Shown in pieces: positions 34,471 through 43,598 of a stretch of DNA of 64,000 nucleotides (its first letter is position 1; every line of letters begins with the position of its first letter). The DNA lies in the NCBI GenBank assembly GCA_038210415.1, contig JBBQWS010000006.1:28650-92649 (forward strand), in the 5' to 3' direction. This DNA comes from Actinomycetes bacterium. GTDB taxonomy: Bacteria > Actinomycetota > Actinomycetes > Prado026. A program made the position numbers and the translations under genes. The notes under the pieces were generated by a model, which searched no databases, was not told the origin of the DNA, and saw nothing but the letters and a program-made list of their open reading frames with translations.

Positions 34471-35156
34471 GTGAGGTGGATCCCCTCTGTGGTGCCTCAT
34501 TGGTCGTGCTCTGGCACTCGCACCCTGCCCCGGCCCGCGGCGACCAACCCTGCTCAGCCGCACGGTATGCACCGCTTAACCGGGCCTTGAGGCCACGCGC
34601 TCAGCCGATGTTGCGCTAGGCCGCTGCCTCGATCGGCTCGAGCGTCTTCCGCATGTTCTGCTCGTCAGTGGTTGGTCCGGTCGCTCACGCCGGTCGCGTT
34701 CAGCGCGAGCAGGCGAATGCGGCCCCGCGCTGGTCCTGCGTCGACTCCACCGCGAGCCTGCCACCGTCGGGTTCCGGCTCGAACACGTAGCGCCACAGCG
34801 CGACCGGCATCCCGAGCGAGCTCGACCGCCAGCCCAGCTCGCGACCGGGCTTCGCCGCCTCGATCGTGCACGTGGTCTGCCGGCGCGCGCTGTCGCGACG
34901 AAGTCGATCCGCGCGGGCCGTCGTAGCGTGGCCACGACGAGACAGCGTTCGCCTGGCCACCGCCGACGGATCGAGGACCGCATGGATTCGGCGTCGCCAG
35001 CTGACCACGAAGTGGCGGGCCGACCGGGCACCGTTCTCGGCGGGCTCTGAGCACCGTGAACCTGACCCCCAGCGGGTAGCCGACGGGGGTCGCGTTGGTT
35101 GGTGGTTGGTCCGATCGGGTGGTACACCGGAGCAGGTCCATCCCGATGCAATAGTC

Positions 35157-36584
35157 ATGAGACGGAGAATCCGGGACATGTCCCACGTGTGCCCGCGCTT
35201 CGCCTCGTCCCTCGGCGCCGCTGCAGTGATCGTGGCCCTCGGCCTCACGAGTCCGCTGGCGCAAGCCGCTGCCCCGGTCGCCGTCGCCGCTCACCCCGAG
35301 CCGGTCGTGAGCGCGTCGAGCAGCACCTTGAGCGCTTCGGCAACCGCGGCGTCGATCGGCCCGGCGGTCACGCGGGCCCAGGTCATGCACAACGCCATGG
35401 GCTGGCTCGCCTACGACCCGCCCTACAGCCAGAGCGCGTACTACCCCGGGATCCAGACACCGACCACGAAGTACCGCACGGACTGCTCCGGCTTCGTCTC
35501 CATGGCATGGAACGTGTACGTCAACGCGCCCGGCAGCATCTCCACCGGTGGCTATGTCACCTGGACACTCCCGAGCGTCGCCGTCCAGCTGGCCAGCACC
35601 TCGTTGCTGCAGCCCGGCGACATCCTCGACTACCCCTACCACCACGTGATCCTGTTCACCGGCTGGGTCGACCGGACGGCCGGGACGTTCAGCTACATCG
35701 CCCAGACGGCACCAGGCCTCAACATGCAGTTCGTCGACACCGAGAGCGTGAACACGGGCAACATCTCCGGCTATCCGCACAACGTGTTCATCCCCTACCG
35801 GTACAAGAACATCGTCGACTCGACCCCGACCGGCGTCCGAGGCGACTGGGACTCCAACGGGACGGTCGACCTGCTCGCCCGCAACGGCACCGACCGGCTG
35901 TACGAGTATGAGGGCAACGGGCGTGGCGGGTTCGGGTTCAGCCGGGCCGCCCCGATCGCGACCGGCTACGGCTCCGACCCGGTCGTTGTCCGGTCACCGT
36001 CGCTCGTCACCGGGACCCTGGCGCCCGACGTGGTCACCATCGACAAGGGTGGGGCGATGTGGGTCGTGCCCGGCACCGGCCTCGGCAGCTTCGCCCCCCG
36101 CACCCAGATCGGCCAGGGCATGGCGGGGTATCGCCTGCTCGCACCCGGCGACCTGAACCGGGACGGCAAGAACGACCTGCTGGCCATCGCCCCGGACGGA
36201 TCCCTGCTGCTCTACCCCGGCACCGGGGCACCCGGGGTCGGGACACCGGTCAAAGTCGGCGCGGGCTGGTCCACCATGACCGCTGTGGCGGTCGGGGACT
36301 TCAACGCCGACGGCAAGCCCGACATGCTCAGCACGTCGCCCTCCGGGACACTCGCCATCTACCCCGGCAACGGGCTGGGTGGGTTCGGCGTCCACACCAA
36401 CATCGGTCGGGGCTGGGTCGGCTGGAAGCTCGTGGGGCCTGGCGACTTCAACGGTGACCACAAAGCGGACCTCGTGGGCATCGATTCCCTCGGCGACCTC
36501 TGGCTCTACCCCGGCACCGGCACCGGCATGGTCGGCCCGAGGGTCCACCTCGCGTCCCACTGGGGCGCGATCACCCTGCTCTGA
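35157..36584 (+). CDS. Secreted NlpC/P60-like cysteine peptidase domain fused to FG-GAP/VCBS-type repeats
   Basis: Signal peptide; ..TDCSGFVSMAWN.. catalytic-Cys motif and a later His. The C-terminal half carries repeated DxNxDGxxD loops (..DFNADGKPD.., ..DFNGDHKADL..). Confidence 0.55.
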   Translation: MRRRIRDMSHVCPRFASSLGAAAVIVALGLTSPLAQAAAPVAVAAHPEPVVSASSSTLSASATAASIGPAVTRAQVMHNAMGWLAYDPPYSQSAYYPGIQTPTTKYRTDCSGFVSMAWNVYVNAPGSISTGGYVTWTLPSVAVQLASTSLLQPGDILDYPYHHVILFTGWVDRTAGTFSYIAQTAPGLNMQFVDTESVNTGNISGYPHNVFIPYRYKNIVDSTPTGVRGDWDSNGTVDLLARNGTDRLYEYEGNGRGGFGFSRAAPIATGYGSDPVVVRSPSLVTGTLAPDVVTIDKGGAMWVVPGTGLGSFAPRTQIGQGMAGYRLLAPGDLNRDGKNDLLAIAPDGSLLLYPGTGAPGVGTPVKVGAGWSTMTAVAVGDFNADGKPDMLSTSPSGTLAIYPGNGLGGFGVHTNIGRGWVGWKLVGPGDFNGDHKADLVGIDSLGDLWLYPGTGTGMVGPRVHLASHWGAITLL

Positions 36585-37790
36585 CTATGCCTGGGCAACC
36601 CGGACGGCTTCGTAGCCGCGAAGGACGAACGTCCCGCGCAGCACCGGTTCCTCGGCCAGCGCGAGCTTCGGGAAGCGTTCGACGAGCAAGGGCAACGAGG
36701 TCTGCAGCTCGAGCCTGGCGAGCGGCGCGCCCAGGCAGAAGTGGATGCCGGAGCCGAAGCCGATGTGCGGGTTCTGGTCGCGTCCGACCACCATGGCGCC
36801 GGCGCGGTCGAAGACCGACGGGTCCCGGTTCGCGGACCCGAGCAGCGCCGCGATCTTCTCGCCCTCGGCGACCCGCACCCCCCGGACGGCCAGGTCGCGC
36901 TTGGCCGTCCGCTCGAACAGCTGCAGCGGGCTGTCGAACCGCAGGAACTCCTCCACGGCGGTCTCGGCCAGGGCCCACGGGTCCGACCGCAACCGCGCCA
37001 GCTCGGACGGCGAGCGGAACAGGGCGACCATGCCGTTGCCGAACGCGTTGACGCTGGCCTCGTGCCCAGCATTGAGCAGCAGCACGCACGTGGCCACGAG
37101 CTCGCGCTCGGACAGACGTTCGCTGCCGTCCTCGACCAGCGCCAGGTGGCTGACGAGGTCGTCGCCAGGCGCTGCGCGACGAGCCGACGCCAGCTCCGAG
37201 ACGTATGCGGCGAACTCGGCCGCGGCGACCTTCGCCAGCGCCTCCTGCTCAGCCGTCCGGTCGTACTCGTACATCTTGACGATGGCCTGGGACCAGGGCC
37301 GAAGCAGGTGCCGGTCGGCTTCGGGGACGCCGAGGAGCTCGGCGATGACCATGACGGGCAACGGTTCGGCGTAGTCGGCCAGGACGTCGAAACCGCCGGC
37401 CATCTCGGCCGCCCTGTCGAGCAGACCCTCGGCGAGCTCACGCACCCGTGGCCGGAGCCGCTCGACATGGCCGCGCGCAAACGCCTTGGCCACCAGGGAC
37501 CTCAGCCGGGTGTGCTTCGGCGGTTCGCTGTCGAGGATCGAGTCGGCGTGCAGCCAGTTGAACGTGTCCCACTCGTCGCCGGGTTCGCGGGGCCGGTAGA
37601 CCCGTCCCAGCGCACGGTCGCGCAGGACCGCATCGGCGTCCGCATGGCCGAAGGCAAGCCACAACCCCAGATCTTCGTGCCAGAGCGGGCGCCCCGCGGC
37701 CCGCAGCTCGTCGAACGCGGGGTAGGGGTCCAGCACGAACGCACGGTCGGCCGGGTCGAACCCGACGGCCTCGTGCGGACGCGACGTCAC
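36585..37790 (-). CDS. Cytochrome P450
   Basis: Haem-binding loop FGSGIHFCLGAPLA, the ExxR motif region and the I-helix ..LLLNAGHEAS... The GTG start overlaps the upstream TGA (GTGA). Confidence 0.9.
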   Translation of the reverse strand: MTSRPHEAVGFDPADRAFVLDPYPAFDELRAAGRPLWHEDLGLWLAFGHADADAVLRDRALGRVYRPREPGDEWDTFNWLHADSILDSEPPKHTRLRSLVAKAFARGHVERLRPRVRELAEGLLDRAAEMAGGFDVLADYAEPLPVMVIAELLGVPEADRHLLRPWSQAIVKMYEYDRTAEQEALAKVAAAEFAAYVSELASARRAAPGDDLVSHLALVEDGSERLSERELVATCVLLLNAGHEASVNAFGNGMVALFRSPSELARLRSDPWALAETAVEEFLRFDSPLQLFERTAKRDLAVRGVRVAEGEKIAALLGSANRDPSVFDRAGAMVVGRDQNPHIGFGSGIHFCLGAPLARLELQTSLPLLVERFPKLALAEEPVLRGTFVLRGYEAVRVAQA

Positions 37791-39130
37791 GACGTCCCCT
37801 CGGGTCGAGCCGCCCAGCGCTCGGGACGGGACGCGGCCCTGGCCGCGCCGGCGAGCACCGCCTGCGACTCGGCCAGCCGCCGGGCGTCCGCGCCGGAACG
37901 TTGCCGGGCGGCCGGCGTGACCGGCCCGGGCGTGGAGTCGACGTGGGTGGTCGCCAGCCCGAGCAGCCGTTGCCAGGGACCTTGGGTGACACGGACGCTC
38001 TGGGTCCGGGCGTGCGGCACGACGTCGAGCCCACGGGTCAGCCAGCCGCCGCGCGCCACGAACAGCGCGGCGTCGGACCCGGCCGCGAGCTGGGAGTACT
38101 GGAACGGGGAGCGCCGCCGGGCCGCCCGGGGCGCCGGCACCAGCGTCACGCCGGGGATGTCGACCCCTGGCAGCACCCGCGCCAGCAGGCCGTACGCCAC
38201 CTCGACCGGGCCGACCGGAAGCAGCATCACGGAGCCCCTCGTACCGTTCGAGCGGTCGTTGCCCTCGTGACCGCCGCTGCCGGCGACGTTGAGCTGCACC
38301 CGGACCCAGCCTTTCCAACGCCAGAGCAGAGGCTGCGAGATGCGCACGGCCTGCACCCGCCCCGGCGGGACCGTCTGGGAACTCGTCGACAGCAGCCCGG
38401 CCCGCAGCCGCAGCCCGTCGGCCGACTCGGCGACGGTGAAGTCGTAGTAGGCGAGGTACCCGTTGACGATGCTCAGGCTCGGAAGGCCGGAGGCGAAGAC
38501 GAACGCGAGGAAGCCGCCGATGTGACCGGTGAGGAGCGACGTCAGCAGGAAGCCGGCGCCCAGGACGGTGCCGATGATCACCCAGTGGTTCAACGCCATC
38601 GACAGGGCCAGATCGCCCGCAGGCACCCGGATGAGCGGGCGCTCCTGCGGCTCCGGCGCGTCGACGTGGCCGACCCGCACGCCGGCGGCCCGGGCGAGCA
38701 GCTCGGCCCGCAACGACGACGCCTCCGCCTCGGACAGGTACGCGAGCGCGATCTTGGCGTTCTCGCCGCCCGCCACCTCCGGGCGGACCTCGGCCAGCCC
38801 GACCAGTCGGGCCACCAGCGGTCGGGTGATCTCGACCGACTGCAGGCGCGAGAGCTGGAGCCTGCGCTCGTTGCGGTAGAACAGGCCGCTCGCGACGCGC
38901 AGGTCACCGTCGTCGTCGAACCAGAAGGTCGTGCGCCACCACGAGACCCAGCCCAGGAGCCCGGCGCCGATCAGCAGCAGCGCGACCAGAGCCAGCCGGG
39001 CGAAGAACCCGCCAGGGATGTCGCGGGCGAAGAAGAACACCGCGATGACGAGCCCGGAGAGCCCCTGCCCGGCCTTGGCGAAAGGGCTCAGCGGGTGCGT
39101 CCTTCGGGGAGGCGTGGACAGCTCGGTCAC
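37787..39130 (-). CDS. PH-domain (bPH_2/YdbT-like) membrane protein with three repeats
   Basis: 447 aa, TM hairpins alternating with PH-like segments. The GTG start overlaps the upstream TGA. Confidence 0.65.
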   Translation of the reverse strand: MTELSTPPRRTHPLSPFAKAGQGLSGLVIAVFFFARDIPGGFFARLALVALLLIGAGLLGWVSWWRTTFWFDDDGDLRVASGLFYRNERRLQLSRLQSVEITRPLVARLVGLAEVRPEVAGGENAKIALAYLSEAEASSLRAELLARAAGVRVGHVDAPEPQERPLIRVPAGDLALSMALNHWVIIGTVLGAGFLLTSLLTGHIGGFLAFVFASGLPSLSIVNGYLAYYDFTVAESADGLRLRAGLLSTSSQTVPPGRVQAVRISQPLLWRWKGWVRVQLNVAGSGGHEGNDRSNGTRGSVMLLPVGPVEVAYGLLARVLPGVDIPGVTLVPAPRAARRRSPFQYSQLAAGSDAALFVARGGWLTRGLDVVPHARTQSVRVTQGPWQRLLGLATTHVDSTPGPVTPAARQRSGADARRLAESQAVLAGAARAASRPERWAARPEGTS

Positions 39131-39630
39131 AGGCCTGCCGTCCGGGCCTCACCCAGTGCTGCGAGGCGGTCGCGCAGCCGTCCCGCCTCGGCGACCGGCA
39201 GCCCCGGAATCGCAGCGTCAGTGGTCGCGGCCGCGGTGTGCAGCTGCAGGGTCGACATGCCGTACCGACGGGCCAGCGGCCCCCCGCGCACGTCGACGAG
39301 CTGCATCCGCCCGTACGGGACGATGACGAGCTCACGGAACATCACGCCACGGGTCACCACCAGGTCGTCCGCCCGCTCGCAGTAGCCGATCGCGCGCACC
39401 TGGCGGCCGACGACCCAGAACAGCCACCCGGCGGCGAGCACGGTGACCGCGTCGACCGCAGCGGCGATCGCGGCCAGGTCGTTCACAGCGAGCACCGCGG
39501 CAACCAGCAGGCCGATCGGGAGCACCACGGCGAGGCCGATCGCGCGGCGGACGAAGGCCAACCGGGGGGAGACGCGGACCCAGCCGCCGGGAGGCGGGGC
39601 GAACGGATCGACGCTCGGATCGGGGGTCAC
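39127..39630 (-). CDS. PH-domain (bPH_2/YdbS-like) membrane protein
   Basis: 167 aa, an N-terminal TM hairpin followed by a PH-like domain. Confidence 0.65.
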   Translation of the reverse strand: MTPDPSVDPFAPPPGGWVRVSPRLAFVRRAIGLAVVLPIGLLVAAVLAVNDLAAIAAAVDAVTVLAAGWLFWVVGRQVRAIGYCERADDLVVTRGVMFRELVIVPYGRMQLVDVRGGPLARRYGMSTLQLHTAAATTDAAIPGLPVAEAGRLRDRLAALGEARTAGL

Positions 39631-39784
39631 CCACTCAGGCTAGCCGCCCGACACAGCACCGGTTTTCGTCTTTGCTTGCCAAAGTTGCACAAACGAACCA
39701 TTGAATCCGCTATACCTGCCTCGGAGGGATGACGGGCCCGCCGTCATCCCCTGGCGCTCTCGGTGCTCCGAGGGAGGGACAGTC

Positions 39785-41440
39785 GTGGTCGATACCAGCA
39801 ATCTCAGCTCGGACGAGCAGCGCCTGGCAGAGCTCGGGTACAAGCAGGAGCTCAATCGCTCCTGGTCCGGGTTCTCGAACTTCGCGATCTCGTTCTCCAT
39901 CATCTCGATCCTCGCCGGATGCTTCACCACGTTCGGTCAGGCATGGAACAACGGCGGTCCGATCGCGATCTCCATCGGTTGGCCGATCATCTCGGCGTTC
40001 ATCCTGGTGATCGGGTTCTGCATGTCGGAGCTCGTCTCCGCGTACCCCACCTCGGGCGGGATCTACTGGTGGGCCTCAAAGCTCGGCGGTGCCAAGGCCG
40101 GCTACTACACCGGCTGGCTCAACCTGATCGGCCTCCTCGCGATCATCGCCTCCGTCGTCTACGGCGCGGCGACGTTCCTCAACGTCTTCATCGACAGCTT
40201 CTCCGACAGCTACGCGGCGAACTTCCTCGGCGGCGACTACCTCAAGCAGCAGTTCTTCTGGTTCATCGTGCTGATGGTCTTCGTCACCGCGGTCAACGTC
40301 TTCAGCTCGCACCTGCTGGCCGTCATCAACAACATCTCGGTGTGGTGGCACGTGTTCGGCAGCGCCATCGTCGTGCTGATCCTCATCCTCGGCCCGAAGT
40401 CGCACCAGAGCCTCTCGTTCGTCTTCACCGAGCGGATCAACAACTCCGGCTTCCCCAACGCCGCCAGCGGGCTCGGCTTCTGGTTCTACGTCCTGCCGCT
40501 CGGCTTCCTGCTGACGCAGTACACGATCACCGGGTACGACGCGTCTGCCCATCTCTCGGAAGAGACCCAGGGCGCCGCCAACGCGGCGGCCAAGGGCATC
40601 TGGCAGTCGATCTTCTACTCGGCGATCGGCGGCTGGATCCTCCTGCTTTCCTTCCTGTTCGCCGCTACGAACACCGACTACATCAACTCGTTCGACCCGA
40701 CGGTGAACCCGTACGGCGGTGGCACCGCGCTCTCGATCTTCGCCAGCTCACTCACCCCGGGCTTGTTCAAGATGATCGTCTTCATCACGGTCTCCGGGCA
40801 GATCTACTGCTCGACCGCCTGCATGACGTCGTCCTCTCGGATGCTGTTCGCATTCAGCCGTGACGGTGCCGTGCCCGGTGCGATGCTCTGGGCCAAGGTC
40901 AACAGCAAGCGGGTCCCCGTAAACGCTGTGATCGCGTCGGCAGTCGCGGGGGTCATCCTCACCCTGCCAGCCCTCTACAAGAGCCCGACCGGCGTGCCGA
41001 CCGCGTTCTATGCCGTCGTCTCGATCGGCGTCATCGGGCTCTACACCGCCTTCGCGATCCCGATCTTCCTGCGCTGGCGGGCCGGGGACTCCTTCCAGCC
41101 CGGGCCTTGGACGCTCGGCTCGAAGTACAAGTGGATGTCGCTCCTCGCCCTCGGCGAGATCGCGATCACCACGGTCTACTTCGTCCTGCCGTTCACGCCG
41201 ACCGGAATCCCGTTCCACAAGACGGACGGAGTCACTGACTTCGCCTGGACGGCAGTGAACTACACCCCGATCGTCATGGGCGGAGCACTGATCGCGCTGT
41301 GGATCGGCTGGCACCTGTCGGCCAAGAAGTGGTTCACCGGGCCGAAGATGACGATCAACCTTCCTGAGGGCATGTCCTCTGCGGACGAGATCGCTTTGGA
41401 GCACGGCCACCACCCGCACGGAGGCGACACCGCCTCGTAG
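39785..41440 (+). CDS. APC-family amino acid permease
   Basis: 12 TM segments, ..[19 protein letters not shown].. permease signature region. GTG start 4 nt after a GGGAGGGA Shine-Dalgarno. Structured 150-nt leader. Confidence 0.85.
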   Translation: MVDTSNLSSDEQRLAELGYKQELNRSWSGFSNFAISFSIISILAGCFTTFGQAWNNGGPIAISIGWPIISAFILVIGFCMSELVSAYPTSGGIYWWASKLGGAKAGYYTGWLNLIGLLAIIASVVYGAATFLNVFIDSFSDSYAANFLGGDYLKQQFFWFIVLMVFVTAVNVFSSHLLAVINNISVWWHVFGSAIVVLILILGPKSHQSLSFVFTERINNSGFPNAASGLGFWFYVLPLGFLLTQYTITGYDASAHLSEETQGAANAAAKGIWQSIFYSAIGGWILLLSFLFAATNTDYINSFDPTVNPYGGGTALSIFASSLTPGLFKMIVFITVSGQIYCSTACMTSSSRMLFAFSRDGAVPGAMLWAKVNSKRVPVNAVIASAVAGVILTLPALYKSPTGVPTAFYAVVSIGVIGLYTAFAIPIFLRWRAGDSFQPGPWTLGSKYKWMSLLALGEIAITTVYFVLPFTPTGIPFHKTDGVTDFAWTAVNYTPIVMGGALIALWIGWHLSAKKWFTGPKMTINLPEGMSSADEIALEHGHHPHGGDTAS

Positions 41441-41463
41441 CACCATCGGCACGGTACGGATCG

Positions 41464-41502
41464 TCCGAAGGAGCGTGGGCCATGGCCCACGCTCCTTCGG
41501 AC
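41464..41502. terminator. Perfect 39-bp palindrome TCCGAAGGAGCGTGGGCC-ATG-GGCCCACGCTCCTTCGGA (18-bp stem, 3-nt loop) 24 nt after the permease stop
   Basis: Read directly. The loop is the first ATG of the nuoD ORF. Confidence 0.6.
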
Positions 41503-42711
41503 GCAAGAGGGGGTTGGGGTGGCAGGATCAGCCGCGTGACCGCCCCCGAGACCACGACCCCGGACACGCGCGAGCTCGTCGTCGCGACCGGCGACCTCGC
41601 CACGGCCGACATGGTGCTCAACATCGGACCTCAGCACCCGGCAACGCACGGGGTCCTGCGGCTGGCTCTCACCCTCGACGGCGAGCGGATCGTGCACGCG
41701 GAGCCGATCGTGGGCTATATGCACCGCGGCGCCGAGAAGCTGTTCGAGGTGCGTGATTACCGGCAGATCATCGTCCTGGCCAACCGGCACGACTGGCTCT
41801 CCGCCTTCGCGAACGAGCTCGGCGTCGTGCTCGCGGTCGAGCGGATGCTCGGCATGGAGGTGCCCGTTCGTGCGGTCTGGGCCCGCACCCTCCTCGCCGA
41901 GCTGAACCGGGTGCTGAACCACCTGATGTTCCTCGGCTCGTACCCGTTGGAGGTCGGGGCGATCACCCCCGTCTTCTACGCGTTCCGCGAGCGGGAAGCC
42001 ATCCAGGCCGTGCTCGAGGAGGTCTCGGGCGGCCGGATGCACTACATGTTCAACCGGGTCGGTGGACTGAAGGAAGACCTGCCCGCCGGCTGGACCGGCC
42101 GGGTCCGGCAGACTGTGGCCGACGTCCGTCGCAGGCTGCCCGCGTTGTACGACCTGATCCTCGGCAACGACATCTTCCGGGCCCGCACGGTCGGCGTCGG
42201 AGTGCTCAGCCGGGAGCAGGTCCTGCAGTACGGCGTGAGCGGGCCGATCGCACGGGCGTCGGGTGTCGAGATGGACCTTCGGCTGGACGAGCCGTACCTC
42301 GCGTACGCCGAGCTCGCCGCCGGCGGGGTCCTGCGCCGCGTGACCCGGGACACCGGCGACTGCTACGCGCGGTTCTGCGTGCTCGCCGACCAGGTCGACG
42401 TCTGCCTCGACCTCGCGGAGGCGTGCTTGGACCGGCTCGACTCGTTGCCGCCCGGACCGATCAACCTCAAGCTGCCCAAGGTCGTCAAGGCGCCCGAGGG
42501 TCACACGTACGCCTGGACCGAGAACCCGCTGGGGATCAACGGGTACTACCTCGTCTCACGCGGCGAGAAGACGCCGTGGCGGCTGAAGCTGCGGTCGGCG
42601 TCGTTCAACAACGTGCAGGTGCTTCCGGAGCTGCTCGCGGGTCAGCTGCTCGCCGACATGGTGGCGATCCTGGGGTCCATGTTCTTCGTCGTCGGAGACG
42701 TCGACAAATAG
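41482..42711 (+). CDS. nuoD: NADH-quinone oxidoreductase subunit D homologue (NuoD/Nqo4 family), standalone
   Basis: ..[18 protein letters not shown].. NuoD signature. The coordinates span the full ORF. The ATG at 41482 lies in the hairpin loop, so the true start may be the in-frame GTG at 41536. No other nuo genes flank it. Confidence 0.8.
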   Translation: MAHAPSDARGGWGGRISRVTAPETTTPDTRELVVATGDLATADMVLNIGPQHPATHGVLRLALTLDGERIVHAEPIVGYMHRGAEKLFEVRDYRQIIVLANRHDWLSAFANELGVVLAVERMLGMEVPVRAVWARTLLAELNRVLNHLMFLGSYPLEVGAITPVFYAFREREAIQAVLEEVSGGRMHYMFNRVGGLKEDLPAGWTGRVRQTVADVRRRLPALYDLILGNDIFRARTVGVGVLSREQVLQYGVSGPIARASGVEMDLRLDEPYLAYAELAAGGVLRRVTRDTGDCYARFCVLADQVDVCLDLAEACLDRLDSLPPGPINLKLPKVVKAPEGHTYAWTENPLGINGYYLVSRGEKTPWRLKLRSASFNNVQVLPELLAGQLLADMVAILGSMFFVVGDVDK

Positions 42712-42735
42712 CGCAGAAGTCGAAAGAGCAGGGGG

Positions 42736-43461
42736 TCAGGCGGGGCGGGCATATTGGCCCCACGCCGCGGCGGGGGTCGGCCACTCGGCGGGTTCGAGCT
42801 CGGAGCCGGAACCGGAGTCGGAGTCGGTGAGGTCGAGGATCCGCATCGAGACGGCCGCGGGCTCGCCCTCGACCTGGATGTCGCGGACCACCCAGGTCGT
42901 GACGGGGACGGTCGGAGTGTAGGGCCGGCGAGCACCGGGCTCGTCAGCCGGAGCCGCGACGGGCGCTGCCGCCTCCGGGGCAGCCACCTCAGGAGTGACA
43001 GCTACCTCAGGAGTGGCAGCGGCCTCCTCCGCGACGGCCGACGGTGTGGGGACGGCCGGGGCCATCGGGACTGCGGCCAGTGCCGCGGCCTCGAGCATCA
43101 ACCGAAGTCGGGCGATCTCGTCGGACAGTCCGGTGACGGCATCGAGCAGCATTCCTTCACGCCGGATGCCGTCGAGCACGCGCTGGTGCAGCTCTTCGCC
43201 CTCGGCCCGGGTGCGCAGCTCGAGCACGCGCAGCCGTTCCTGGGTCCGGGCGAGGGTCCGGGTCATCGTGCGCTGCTGGGCCGAGATGGCGAGCAGCTGA
43301 ACGACCATCAGGGCCGCGAGCGCGAGGACGCCGAGCCGCACGCTCCGGATCCCCCCGGGGCTGAGGGCGTACGCGAGTCCGGCGCCGCCGATCAGCACCG
43401 CGAGCAAGGCGGTGAAACCCCCTCCTCGGGGGTTCGGACGGGCGTGGACGCCTTGGGTCAT
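42736..43461 (-). CDS. Membrane-anchored coiled-coil protein, unknown function
   Basis: One TM segment (FTALLAVLIGGAGLAYAL), a coiled-coil and a Pro/Ala/Glu-rich acidic tail. Confidence 0.4.
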   Translation of the reverse strand: MTQGVHARPNPRGGGFTALLAVLIGGAGLAYALSPGGIRSVRLGVLALAALMVVQLLAISAQQRTMTRTLARTQERLRVLELRTRAEGEELHQRVLDGIRREGMLLDAVTGLSDEIARLRLMLEAAALAAVPMAPAVPTPSAVAEEAAATPEVAVTPEVAAPEAAAPVAAPADEPGARRPYTPTVPVTTWVVRDIQVEGEPAAVSMRILDLTDSDSGSGSELEPAEWPTPAAAWGQYARPA

Positions 43462-43598
43462 AGAGGGAGGGTAGATCCCGTTTGCCGCCGGGTGGAGCCA
43501 TTCCGCCGAACGTTCCGTCGAGAATCTGCGCAAACCATCATCAAACCGACAGCACACCCCCGGTGGTGTCACGGTCCGACCCCACCTAAGGTCTTAGG

